Shown piece by piece: positions 1 through 10,853 of a DNA stretch of 37,102 bases; position 1 is the stretch's first letter, and every line of letters starts with the position of its first letter. This DNA comes from Octopus sinensis (lineage: Eukaryota). A program made the translations under genes and the position numbers. The notes beneath the pieces were generated by a model, which ran no database searches, was not told where the DNA came from, and worked only from the letters and a program-made list of their open reading frames with translations. The stretch lies in assembly GCF_006345805.1 (NCBI RefSeq), contig NW_021836821.1, positions 1 through 37,102 on the forward strand, given 5' to 3'.

Positions 1-227
1 AACAGTGATTCGAACTATAAGTTTTAATTTCTAAACAAAGAGTAATAATAAAACTGTTACCTTCTAGGCAACTGTGGTATATAGATGTGTCAATGGCAAA
101 ACATATTGCTATCTACGCTTAATTTAATTATTCCTTGTTCGAATCTAGTTTGGAAATATGTACACATCAAGTAGTGTCTATTTGATAAAATTCGGAGAGA
201 TAACATTCGAAAAATGGGGGATACTTT

Positions 228-556
228 TTTACTCTTTTACTCTTTTACTTGTTTCGGTCATTTGACTGCGGCTATGCTGGAGCACCGCCTTTAGTCGAGC
301 AAATCGACCCCAAGACTTATTCTTTGTAAGCCTAGTACTTATTCTATCGGTCTCTTTTGCCGAATAATTATGTACCAACCTAATACATAATTATGTACCA
401 ACCTAATAGATAACGGGCTTCCACACAGTCTCCATCAACTGAATTTACTCATAAGGAATTGATTGTCTTACAACTATTGCAAAAGAAACTTGCCTCCTCT
501 GCACTGTCGAATTTGACACCAAGTGGTTGAAAAGTGGATTTCTTAGCTGCACAGCC
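228..556 (-). mobile_element. tRNA-derived SINE family B copy (well-preserved 3' part, degenerate head, middle replaced by a 23-bp tandem duplication)
   Basis: 228-364 matches the tails at 19051-19195 and 22668-22820 (cttgtttcggtcatttgactgcggctatgctggagcaccgcc...cttattctatcggtctcttttgccgaa). ataattatgtaccaacctaata occurs twice at 364-409. Confidence 0.8.
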
Positions 557-559
557 AAC

Positions 560-645
560 ATGGAGTCGACTTTGCTTTTACATCCCTTTCGAGATCGCTA
601 AAATAAGTACCAGTTGTACATCTGAGCCAAAATTTGAAAGCAATA
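560..645 (+). mobile_element. SINE family A fragment
   Basis: gagtcgactttgcttttacatccctttcgagatcgctaaaataagtaccagttg...gccaaaatttgaaa resembles the copies at 2441, 16983 and 29152. Confidence 0.65.
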
Positions 646-1294
646 TTAGCAAGGGGTAAAACCAATGGAGACGTTGCTTTCTCGGTTCGATCAGAATATA
701 TCGGTTCGAACGCGCTTTGCGACGCAATTGGCAACTATTTCTAATAGATGAAGAGACTACATAGGGGCACTCACGTTACAGAAAGTCCCCTAATGGAGGA
801 CTGTTAGCATACTGCCATCGCAGACCATGTTTTAGGGCTTTTATAGTAAGAAGCAAAAAAGGAGATAGGGAAGGGAGGAATAGACCGTCCCCTTTTTCTT
901 AACAGAATGGATGACTAGAGAAAATAGGGGAGGAGGAGGAGGAGGAGGAGCATAAGTAAATTATTTGATAAACCTCACTTATTTACATCTGCTCCTCCGT
1001 CCCATTTCCCCGCCCTCTTCTTCTTCTCCCTCTTCTGGCTGACGTAGCGAAGTCATTTTTTCTATTCTAGAGGAAGTGGGATGACCTCTCTCTCTCTCGT
1101 CTCTTCTTTTTCTGCTATGGTTTCTGTCAAGGGGAAAATCGTCTTTTACCTCCTCCTCCTCCTCCTCCTCCTCCTCCTCCCCTCCTCATCCTCCACCACC
1201 ACCACCTCCTCCTCCGCCTCCTCCACCACCTCCTCCTCCACCCCCTCTTCTTCTTCCTCTCCCTCCCCTCCTCCTCCTTTTGGTAGGAAGGAGA

Positions 1295-1306
1295 TCTATC
1301 TATCTG

Positions 1307-1364
<58 letters not shown>
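1295..1364. repeat. (TCTA)n microsatellite next to CCT/CAC-rich low-complexity DNA
   Basis: Direct inspection; similar (TCTA)n runs lie at 16768-16880 and 23683-23773. Confidence 0.95.
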
Positions 1365-1366
<2 letters not shown>

Positions 1367-2440
1367 GTCTCTCCCTCCCAATCTCTGTCACTCTTTCTTA
1401 TTTCTTTCTCTCTCCCGCCCCCTTCTCTTCCCTTTCCTTTAACCATACTTGGTGAGAGAAAGCGCGGTGAGGCGGGGGGAAGAGAAAGAAACAAAAGGTT
1501 AGAAAGTGAAGTGTTGTCAAATGATATCACCGTTGCTCCTCCCTCCCTCCTCTCTCTCTTTCTCTCTCTCTCTACAGTGACGTATGGCTTCACTCACCCA
1601 CCCGTACTTCTATACGACAGCCACTTCTTTCAGTTCCTCACTAAACAACTTGTCCAATGACAATCGCTCTCTGTCTTCCTTCACATTATCACCACCAGTT
1701 ATTCCGCCATTCCCGTCTTCTCTTGTCTCTGTTGTAATCATCATCCTCATCATCACCACCATCATCACCTTCACCCCCACCCCACCCCACCACCACCACC
1801 ACCACCAAACACCCACCACCACCAAACATCCCACGCCCACCACTATCATTATCGTCAACAGCGACGTCGTCATCGTCATCGTCATCATCACATCATCATC
1901 ACTAGCACTACCACCATCACCACCATCACTATCATCGTTAAAATCACCGACACCGACGTAGTCGTCATTGACTTCTTCTTCTTCTTCTTCTTCTTTTCTT
2001 CTTCTTCTTCTTCTTCTTCTTCTTCTCTTCTTCCCTTTAATTGATTTTTTCCCCTTTTACATAAAAGTTACTTAGGAAAGGAAATGCATAAATTTCAATA
2101 ATTCCCTACTTTCAGAAAAAAAAAATTCTTACACAATTATCGATGACCTTTTCCATAGTCATTTGATCTGTAAGAAATAGCAGCCAAATCTCTCTTATAT
2201 AATACTATATATAGTCTCTTAAATCAACAAAATAAACAGTGAACGTGATTAGAACGCCTTTGAGCATAGCTCTGTTGGATCAGGGCAAACATCGGGTTAA
2301 CTAACAGCCACAGCATCAGTCATTCGTGACCGAAGGGGGTCTTTATCCTTTATATGCTAAATAACTTACACATCAATTAAGAGCTGAATTTTTCCAAGGT
2401 AAAATTTCCCCACACGCTGTTGACATTTAAGATGAATAGA

Positions 2441-2652
2441 GGGTGGCTAGTTGGCAGAATCGTTAGCACGCCGGGCAAAATGCTTAGCGACATTTCGTCC
2501 GTCTTTACGTTCTGAGTTCAAATTTCATCAAGGTCGATTTCACCTTTCATCCTTTCAGGGTCGATAAAATAAGTATCAGTTGTACATTGGGAAGGGACTT
2601 AGCCGCTTCCCTGAAATTTCCGGCCTTGTGCCAAAATCTGAAACCGATACTA
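2441..2652 (+). mobile_element. tRNA-derived SINE family A (central GCCTTTCATCCTTTCGGGGTCGATAAAATAAGTACCAG-type domain, Nin/Deu-like)
   Basis: tggcagaatcgttagcacgccgggcaaaatgcttagc...gagttcaaat...cctttcatcctttcagggtcgataaaataagtatcag; the same pattern recurs many times in the window. Confidence 0.85.
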
Positions 2653-2661
2653 AAGATGAAT

Positions 2662-2880
2662 AGTAGCTGTGGCAGAGCCGTTAAGAAGCCGGACAAAATG
2701 CTTAGCGGCATTTCATTCGGATCTTTACGTTCTGAGTTCAAACTCCACCAAGGTCGAATTTGCCTTTCACCCTTCCGGGATCGACAAAATAAGTCCCAGT
2801 TGAACACAGGGGGTCGATGTAATCGACTCACCCCCACCTCCGAAATTTCCGGCCTTTGCCAAAATTTGAGATCAGTATTA
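2662..2880 (+). mobile_element. SINE family A, second copy in tandem
   Basis: tggcagagccgttaag...aaaatgcttagcggcatt...gagttcaaac...gcctttcacccttccgggatcgacaaaataagt...ggggtcgatgtaatcgact. Confidence 0.85.
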
Positions 2881-2881
2881 A

Positions 2882-3120
2882 TCCTTGGCCCGTCCAAAGC
2901 ATTTTCATAAGTTCGTACAAAACGTCCATGCTTGTTTTTGGACTTTTCGTAGACCTTTTGGTTTACGCATTCTGAGCAATTATATAACGGTTCCCTAATA
3001 ATAACTGCTAAGTTATTCTGATAGTTGGAAAAAAATTGAGGTTGTGTATCACATTTGATGCAGGATACCAGGGAAATATGCCCTGGTTGTCACGTGTGAT
3101 ACACAGGACAAGCAAAGGAA
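2882..3120. mobile_element. Possible degenerate piggyBac-type MITE
   Basis: TTAA at 2878-2881 and 3121-3124; imperfect termini TCCTTGGCCCGTCC versus (reverse complement) TTCCTTTGCTTGTCC. Confidence 0.3.
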
Positions 3121-3334
3121 TTAACAGCCACAGTTACTTTTCCTTTTTAGTTTAAATATTATTTGAACATCTGGTTCCGTATCATTTTACATCTCTGACA
3201 ATTTTAGAAATTCTACTAAGAAGATGATTCGAAATTTAAGTCCTTCAGCCATTCGTTTCTCAATCAAAGACACAGGATCAAGATAATTTAGACTTCATAG
3301 TTCCAACCGTAAAAAGAAAAGAAAAGAAGTTGAA

Positions 3335-3467
3335 GGCGCTGGAGTGGCTGTGTAGTTAAGAAGCTTGTGTTCCAATCACTTGGTTTCGGGTTCAGTCTCA
3401 TTGCATATTGGATAAGTGTCTTCTATTATAGCCCCAGAACTGCCAAAGGCTTATGTATGTATGTATA

Positions 3468-3498
<31 letters not shown>

Positions 3499-3625
3499 GT
3501 GTGTGTATAAATACCAGGCTAAATATCTAAGTACTGGGTTCAATTACTTCGATTAAATCCTTCAAGGCAGTGCTCTAACATGGTCGTAGTCAAATAAATG
3601 AAACAAGCGAAAGAAGATGAAAGAT
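3335..3625 (+). mobile_element. SINE family B, degenerate, with internal (TATG)n
   Basis: Head ggcgctggagtggctgtgtagttaagaagcttg...gggttcagtc; tail caaggcagtgctctaacatggtcgtagtcaaataaatgaaacaag. Confidence 0.75.
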
Positions 3626-3863
3626 ACAAACACGCACACATGCACGCATACACGCACGCACATACACGCAGGCATGCACACACAGCACGCGCGTGCAGAT
3701 TTAAACAGAGTCACGTCGATTGGAATATAGCAAAGAACAATTCTGAGTTTCAGAGTTAGCTGTAGCTCTTTGTCCTATCAAAATTATTTCCCTTTCCATT
3801 ATTTTCCATTTTCTAACGATATTTATTTCTTATATTGGCACAAGACCAAAACATCGTACGAGA

Positions 3864-3997
3864 GTGGGAGAATGAAATTAAAATACTATGAGATATATTG
3901 ACCGACTCTAGTTTGATGTATATGAATATCAAACTCGTGTGTGTGTATGTAGTATATGTATGTGTATATATATATATATTATATATATATATATATA

Positions 3998-4052
<55 letters not shown>

Positions 4053-4057
4053 GTATG

Positions 4058-4102
<45 letters not shown>

Positions 4103-4114
4103 GTATATATATAT

Positions 4115-4152
<38 letters not shown>

Positions 4153-4368
4153 ATATATATATATATGTGTGTTGTGTGTATATATATATATTATATATAC
4201 ACAAGAAAAAAGCAACAAGAATGGATCAGTAGTTTAGTAGTGGTGGTGATGGTGGTAGTGCTAGTGATGATGATGGTAATGTGGGAGAATGAAATTAAAA
4301 TACTTGAGATATATTGACCGACTCTAGTTTGATGTATATGAATATCAAACTCGTGTGTGTGTATGTAG

Positions 4369-4422
<54 letters not shown>

Positions 4423-4463
4423 TATAATATATATTATATATATATATATATATGTATATGTAT

Positions 4464-4498
<35 letters not shown>

Positions 4499-4501
4499 GT
4501 G

Positions 4502-4568
<67 letters not shown>

Positions 4569-4645
4569 AGAAAAAAGCAACAAGAATGGATCAGTAGTTT
4601 AGTAGTGGTGGTGATGGTGGTAGTGCTAGTGATGATGATGGTAAT
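3864..4645 (+). repeat. Tandem duplication (3864-4280 and 4281-4645), each unit containing a long (TA)n
   Basis: Unique parts gtgggagaatgaaattaaaatac...aaactcgtgtgtg and caagaaaaaagcaacaagaatggatcagtagtttag...gatggtaat are nearly identical in both units. Confidence 0.9.
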
Positions 4646-4821
4646 GTGATGATGCCGATGACGACGTCGCTGTTGAACATTTTATTTAAAGCTGCAAATA
4701 TTACAGCAAATATAATGTCAAATATTCATCAGCTAAATCACATATATGTTTTTCAAATATCCTAGAGAGTGTAAATATCCTTATCTAGATAAATCTAAAA
4801 AAACATACAAATAAAAGTAAT

Positions 4822-6000
4822 ATGAATAATAACTCTCGTGGGATCAGTAATAATTCAACTAACCCTAACTCTAATTTAAGAAAATATAATAACGAAAATA
4901 TAATCTGGTTGAATGTTCCTTTCAACTGCGCGATCTTATCGGATATATACGGCAGATTCAAATCAATACTAGAAAAAAATTTTCCAGCCTCTCATAAATA
5001 TCATAGAATAATTTCTAAGAGAACGGTTAGGATTTCTTACTCAACCCTCCCATATATGTCCACTATAATAGCTAGAATTAATAATAAAAATATTAAATCA
5101 GCCAGGAGTAATAAGACTAATATCAACATGAATACCAATAATAATTGTAATAATAGTATCATAAATAAAAATAAAAATAATAACAATAATAATAATTATC
5201 AAGATAAGAGCAGCATCAACAGAAATGATATAACTAATATTAATAGGAATAATAATAATGACAATAATATGGGCAATACAAATAGAAATAATATCGGGAA
5301 TGAAGATAACAATTATATCTATAGCAGTAATAAGCATTCAGATACAAATACAAACAATAATTATAGCAATACCAATAATGTTGGTAATTGTGATATGGCT
5401 ATGGTAGATCTAAATGATAGTGTAAACGGATCGATAAATAGTAACCCAACTTCAGATAACAATATTACCTATAATAACGAAAATAATACTCATAATAATT
5501 TGAATAGCAGCAATGTGAGAGATCTTCCCTTAAATAATTCTAAATCTGAAAATTATACCCCTAGTTGCAATTGTAGGATTAAGTCAAAATGTCCGGCTTC
5601 TGGTCGGTGTGGGGTCCATAATGTAATCTATAAATGTACTATAACAACTTCGAATAGTAAATTTTTTTATCTGGGTTGTACTATAAATTTTAAGCAGAGA
5701 ATTAGCAATCATCTCTCCTCTTTTAGGTTAGATCATAAAGCTGGTTGCACCACACTTTCCAGTAAAATTTGGGAACTCAAAACTAATAATATTAAATATA
5801 ACCTAAAATGGGAAATAGTTAGAAAGGCAGTACCTTATAGAAATAATAGGGTGGGTTGTCAACTCTGTTCCATGGAGACATATGAGATTCTAAATAATAG
5901 AAAAAATAAAAATCTACTGAATAACCGTATAGAGTTAGGCATCTCTTGTATTCACTCAAAAATCAAAAATCATATAAATCTCTTTATGTTTTTTAAATGA
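4822..6000 (+). CDS. C-terminal part of a PLE protein: post-RT region, Asn-rich linker, Cys-rich motif and GIY-YIG endonuclease; RT core absent
   Basis: NIIWLNVPF..KNFPASHKYHRIISKRTVRISYS resembles the PLE motif IIWFNPPY..HFP..HK..KIFN..TVKVSYS. CNCR-x4-CPASGRC; NVIYKC..FYLGCT..KQRISNH (GIY-YIG); KWEI; CQLC..E; LLNNR..SCIH. Confidence 0.85.
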   Translation: MNNNSRGISNNSTNPNSNLRKYNNENIIWLNVPFNCAILSDIYGRFKSILEKNFPASHKYHRIISKRTVRISYSTLPYMSTIIARINNKNIKSARSNKTNINMNTNNNCNNSIINKNKNNNNNNNYQDKSSINRNDITNINRNNNNDNNMGNTNRNNIGNEDNNYIYSSNKHSDTNTNNNYSNTNNVGNCDMAMVDLNDSVNGSINSNPTSDNNITYNNENNTHNNLNSSNVRDLPLNNSKSENYTPSCNCRIKSKCPASGRCGVHNVIYKCTITTSNSKFFYLGCTINFKQRISNHLSSFRLDHKAGCTTLSSKIWELKTNNIKYNLKWEIVRKAVPYRNNRVGCQLCSMETYEILNNRKNKNLLNNRIELGISCIHSKIKNHINLFMFFK

Positions 6001-6938
6001 AATTTGTAAGGTTCCCACTGGTGTTCTTTTAACGTGTACCTTTTTTTTAGATATAAATGATAGTATTGTACTATGCTAACTTTTAACTGATTTTATAGTC
6101 AATTTAATTAACCTTACTTAAATCATAAAAAATTCTAATCTTTCTTAATTCTATTCTAAATTTTAATATGTAATACTATTCCCTTAATGATACATTTAAT
6201 TTTCACTATAAATTTTGATTAAGTAAAATTCCCCTACTATTTGCTATTGAACTTATTTGACCTCTAGATGTCGACCTAAATTCTTTCTTACAATATATAA
6301 ACATAAGTTAAAATAGAAACAATAATAAATAAATAACCTTCTATTTTAATGTTATCCTTAACTTTCTTACTGTATCTTCCTCTACTGATAACTTATGACC
6401 CCTTTAGTGTTTTCCTTAGATCTCTCTGTATTCTTTATCCCACCATTAACTCTGTGAATTTCTCAGTTCAGAGCTGGCGGTGGTCAAACCTACTGTTCTT
6501 TTATGAATTTAAGATTCCTTCAACACTGACCTAGATCTTCTGTCACCACAGAAATAGACTAACCTTTGTCTGTGGTATCTTTATTCCCTCTTACTCCCCC
6601 ACTCCTTTCCTCCCATAATGTCCTTTACTTTGGCTAAACCTACCTCGCTGTCTTTCTTGCTACTATAAAATTCTGTCTGCAACAGTTAGATGTGAACTGA
6701 ACCGGTGTGTGACCAGTATCTTTCCTCATGTCTCCTGGAACTTATATCTGCATCTTTATGGATAGATTTACCTTCTCTGAGAAGTTAATAATCATTTTAA
6801 AAACTTTTTTTAAAAACTGTGCATTATTGGAAAACATAAAGTCTGCTTATTATCTTACTTCAAATTCATAGAACTCACTCCTAATACTTCATAAGGATAT
6901 TTACACTCTCTAGGATGTTTGGAAAACATATATGTGAT

Positions 6939-7023
6939 TTAGCTGATGAATACTTGACATTATATTTGCTGTAATATTTGCAGCTTTAAATAAAATGTTC
7001 TTAGTATGAAACAATTGTACTAA
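6939..7023 (+). ncRNA. Type I hammerhead ribozyme motif with extended helix II
   Basis: Helix I TTAG(6939-42)/CTAA(7020-23); core CTGATGA 6943-49; helix II ATACT(6950-54)/AGTAT(7003-07); GAA-AC-AATT-GT-A with palindromic helix III; predicted cleavage after A7019. Confidence 0.8.
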
Positions 7024-7390
7024 GCTACTGATCCATTCTTGTGGCTTTTTTCTTGGTTATAATCACCCCACATAATTTTATGGTTAACACCATAAAGAAT
7101 TCTGGTGCATATTCATTTGAATTCATTTGAATTCATTTGAATCTTAATTGTTTTGCTGAAATTATATATATATACATATATATATATGCTCAAAATGAGG
7201 AGTAGACAGACAGACAGCCAACAACAGACAGCCAACCTGATGAACAGAAGCCAACTGATGAACGGTCCTTTCTCTGTTTACTTGTCCTGTTTCCATTTTT
7301 CTCGTTTTATACATTTTTAACTCGTTTGTTATGTATTTCCTGTTATTTGCACCGTTAGTGATGTTTATACCATACATATGTATATATATA

Positions 7391-7438
<48 letters not shown>

Positions 7439-7439
<1 letters not shown>

Positions 7440-7811
7440 CGGGAAGCTTTATGAAAATAAACAAAAGACGAAGGCAGGTGGAAACAAACGAACAATTGTA
7501 TTAGTTATGGCGCTCAGGAAATATAAATAATAAAACAAGTCTTTAACGTTTCGAGCCTACGCTCTTCAACAGAAAGATACACAGAGAGAGAAAAACACAG
7601 AAAGAAGGAGGAGAAAAAAATGCGTGCAGTAGCTAACGAATCAACATGGCGATCTGATTTCGGCCAGAGGTCAAAGATCAAACATGAGACGCGAGAGCGA
7701 AATAAGGGGAGATAATGGGTTGATAAAAGGGTTGAGGGACCAGCTTAAAGTGCGTGGGAGGGGTCTGGATGTGTATGTATAGGGTTGGTGTAGTATTAGT
7801 AGTAGATGTAT

Positions 7812-7844
<33 letters not shown>

Positions 7845-9640
7845 GTATGAGAGAGTATTAGGCGTAAGATTGGTCTGGACGTGCGTATGTATGGGGTTGG
7901 GTGGTGTATGTATTAGTAGGTATTAGTATGTATTAGTACGTATTGGTATGTATAGGTATGTGGGTGTGTGTGTGAGAGAGTAAGAGTATAAGGCGTATGC
8001 GGGGTCTGAACGTGTGTATGTATAGGGTTGTGTAAGTATTAGTATGTACTAGTATGTATTAGTACGTATTAGTATGTATTAGTTGGGTGTGTGTGTATTA
8101 GTATGGCACATCATATGTGATGTGATGTGTAAAGTCATGTGTGGTGTAGTGTCGTAGTGAGAGGAAGAGGGGGAGGGGGGAAGAGAGAGGGGGGAAGAGG
8201 GGGAGAGAGAGGGAGAAGAGGGGGGGAGAAGAGGGGGAAGAGAGGGGAGAAGAGGGGGAGAAGAGGGGGGAAGAGGGAGGGGAGAGAGGGGAGGAAGAGG
8301 GGGAGGAGAAGGGGGAAGAGGAGAGGATGGGGGAGAAGGAAGGGGAGGAGGGGGATGAATGAGGAAAGAGGGAGAGGGGGAGAGAGGGAGTGAGGGAGCA
8401 GAGGGAAGGGGAAAGAGGGAGAGAAAGAGGGAAGAAGGGAAGGGGAGTAGGGTGAAAGGATGAAGGACTGAAGAAAAGTAGGGGTCGGGGGGAGGGGGGA
8501 GAAAGGGAAGATAGGTGAGGAGGGGGGAGAGGGGGGTTAGATGAGGAGGGGGGGAGAGGGGGGTGGGGTTAGATGAGGGGGGGGGAGAGTTGAGACCCAA
8601 ATGGCGTATAAGAGCGAAAGAGAAGATTAATTCCTGTTCACGGCGCAAACGGAATCCGATGGCCTCTGTGTAAGGACAAACCGAAAACAGATAGGTGTTG
8701 CAAGGAGTGACCGGTGGAGCGGAAATGGCGTGTGAGACCGGTGTGTGTCGTTCGCAAGGTGGATGTCACGAAGGTGTTCCGCGAACCGGTCAGCCAAGCG
8801 GCCGTCCCGTTTGTCCGATGTACAAGGAATTGCAGAGAGAGAGCAAGAGATGCAATAGATAATATTGCTGGAGGGCAGGTGAAGGAGTGGATGATGGGAT
8901 AGGGTCGATGGTGGGTGCTAGTGAGGCGGTGTGGGTGGTGAGAGGTAAGGGCAAGTGCGGCAACGTGGGCGGGAGCAGGGGAACGAGCCGGGTTGGGAGG
9001 TAGGGTCAGGGAAGGAGCTATGGACCAAAAGGTCTCGAAGGTTGTGGGCTCGTTTGAAAGAGGGGAGAGGGTCGGTTAGGGGAAGAGGTGTGAAGTGTGA
9101 AAGTGGACGGGTCGGACTGGAGATGACGGAAAGCTCGAAGAATGGTGCGTTGGAGACGTAGGGTCGTGGGGTGGTAAGTGAGGGAAAAAGGGAGGCGGGA
9201 GACTACAGGGCGGTTCGGGGAGAGAGAGCAGATACACGGTCCACGGACCGTGCTTGGCAAGGGCGGTGTGGATAGTGGTGAGGGGGTATCCACGTAGGGT
9301 GAAGTGGGAAAAGCCATACGTTGAGACTGAGTCTCAAAGTCATGGTCGTCACTACAGAGCCTACGTAGACGGAGGATTGGGAATAGGGGATGGAAAGCTT
9401 GGTGTGTTCTGGGTGGGAGGAAGAGAAGTTGAGGTATGAGTGTGTTTGTAGTGAATGGAGGTGGTAGGAGTGGAGTGAAGAATGCTAACCGAAATATCGA
9501 GGAAGGAGACAGAGGTGTTGGAGATAGTGGAAGTGAAGTGGAGGGCTGGATATAGTAGTAACTGAAAAGAGGAATTTCGGTTGTCCCCACGTGGTGGATT
9601 GTAATGTATATAAGAAAAATAAAAACGGAAAATACGCACA
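7439..9640 (-). mobile_element. 5'-truncated, frameshifted Penelope-like element (RT thumb, GIY-YIG, 3' UTR, terminal repeat); different family from 4566-7162
   Basis: Minus-strand peptides PALHFTSTISNTSVSFLDISVSIL, HTKLSIPYSQ, LRLRRLCSDDHDF, SNIIYCISC..LYIGQTGR..ADRFAEHLRDI, RHFRSTGHSLQHL, RREQELIFS..GLNS. The 3' end abuts (TA)n. Confidence 0.9.
7540..7577 (-). ncRNA. Minimal PLE-type hammerhead motif, variant core
   Basis: Minus strand: TCTTT-CTGTTGA-A-GAGC-GTAG-GCTC-GAAAC-GTT-AAAGA. Helices I and II pair; core position 6 is U rather than A. Confidence 0.6.
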
Positions 9641-9804
9641 CTTACATGGTTATAGAATAATTTTTAATGTATCGACCGGTTTCGCAATCGCTATTTATGA
9701 TACAAGTTTATTATATGAAAATATATTTTCTTAAGAAGAAAATGGGTCCATGTTGTTTATAATGAGATTCATATCATATATATAGATATATATATATATA
9801 TATA

Positions 9805-9837
<33 letters not shown>

Positions 9838-10312
9838 GAATCTCATTACACAACATGGACCCATTTCTTATTAAGAAAAATATATATTTTATATAAATTA
9901 AACATTGTATCATAAATAGCGATTGCGAAACCGGTTCGATACATGAAAAAGTATACTATAACATGTAAGTGTGGGCGTTATTTTCGTTTTGATTTTCTTA
10001 TTTAATTACAATCCACCACGTGGGGACAACCGAAACCTCTTTTCAGTTACTACTATATCCAGCCCTCCACTTCACTTCCACTCTCTCCAACACTCTGTCT
10101 CTTATCGACATTTCGTAGCATTCTTCACTCCACTCCTACCACATAGTCATACAAAAACACCACAGACTCTCACACTCATACCTAACTTCTCTTCCTCCAC
10201 CGAACACACCAAGCTTTCCATCCCCTATTCCCAAACTCCATACGTAGGCTCTGTAGTACGACCATGACTTTGAGAACATCTCAACGTATGGCTCACCACG
10301 TACATACGTGGA
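9289..10312. repeat. Long imperfect palindrome centred on (TA)n (about 9771-9837)
   Basis: For example tttcggttgtccccacgtggtggattgtaat (left arm) versus attacaatccaccacgtggggacaaccgaaa (right arm); aaccggtt/cgcaatcgctatttatgatacaa is also mirrored. Confidence 0.9.
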
Positions 10313-10853
10313 AGATGTGACGAAATAGATAGACGAAAACGTAATCGAAAACTGCTGATAACGTAATTGATAAGATGGACAGAAGATGATAGTAACTTAT
10401 AAACAAGTGAAGAACGAATATATGGTACGTGTATTATTTGGCAAAAAAATGACCATCCCAAAATATAACAATATCTGTTTAAACACAGGGCATCACATCA
10501 GAATCTTGCAAAAAAAATTTAAACGTATATATAAATGGATGTTAATATTATTTATATTATATATATACTATATATATATCTATTATATATAATTATATAT
10601 ATATCATACTATTACCATTTTTAAATATACGTTTTATGAATTTTTGTTGCAAGATTCCTGATGTGATGCCCTGTGTTGAAACAGATATTGTTATATTTTG
10701 GGATGGTCATTTTTTTTGCCAAATAAATACACGTACCATATATTCGTTCTTCACTTGTTTATTACAGTTCTTATTTCATCTTATGTCCATCTTATCAATT
10801 ACGTTATCAGCAGTTTCGATTACGTTTTCGTCTATCTCTATTTCGTCATCATC
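10313..10853. repeat. Second imperfect palindrome centred on AT-rich/(TA)n spacer (about 10546-10612)
   Basis: gaacgaatatatggtacgtgtatt..tttggcaaaaaaatgaccatcccaaaatataacaatatctgttt is mirrored by aacagatattgttatattttgggatggtcattttttttgccaaa..tacacgtaccatatattcgttc. Confidence 0.9.

Larger units (their letters stand above)
4566..7162 (+). mobile_element. 5'-truncated Penelope-like retroelement (Naiad-like) with inverted partial terminal repeat at its 5' end, bounded by (TA)n
   Basis: GIY-YIG ORF at 4822-6000. 4676-4783 is the reverse complement of 6892-7000, and 4566-4603 of 7019-7055. A hammerhead lies in the 3' repeat. Confidence 0.85.

Noticed and set aside
543-734. 63-aa minus-strand ORF as a gene
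   Set aside because: Half of it overlaps a SINE fragment and there is no recognisable motif.
3898-4649. Long YI/IY, CV, HT and poly-residue ORFs here and at 23674-27435, 31357-31760 and elsewhere
   Set aside because: They are translations of (TA)n, (TG)n, (TATG)n and trinucleotide repeats, with no domain content.
4822-6000. Selenocysteine recoding or a domesticated host GIY-YIG gene (e.g. SLX1-like)
   Set aside because: No in-frame UGA at Cys motif positions; the flanking inverted terminal repeat and hammerhead indicate a retroelement remnant.
7237-7270. Two CTGATGA motifs as additional hammerheads
   Set aside because: No downstream GAAA with helix II/III pairing.
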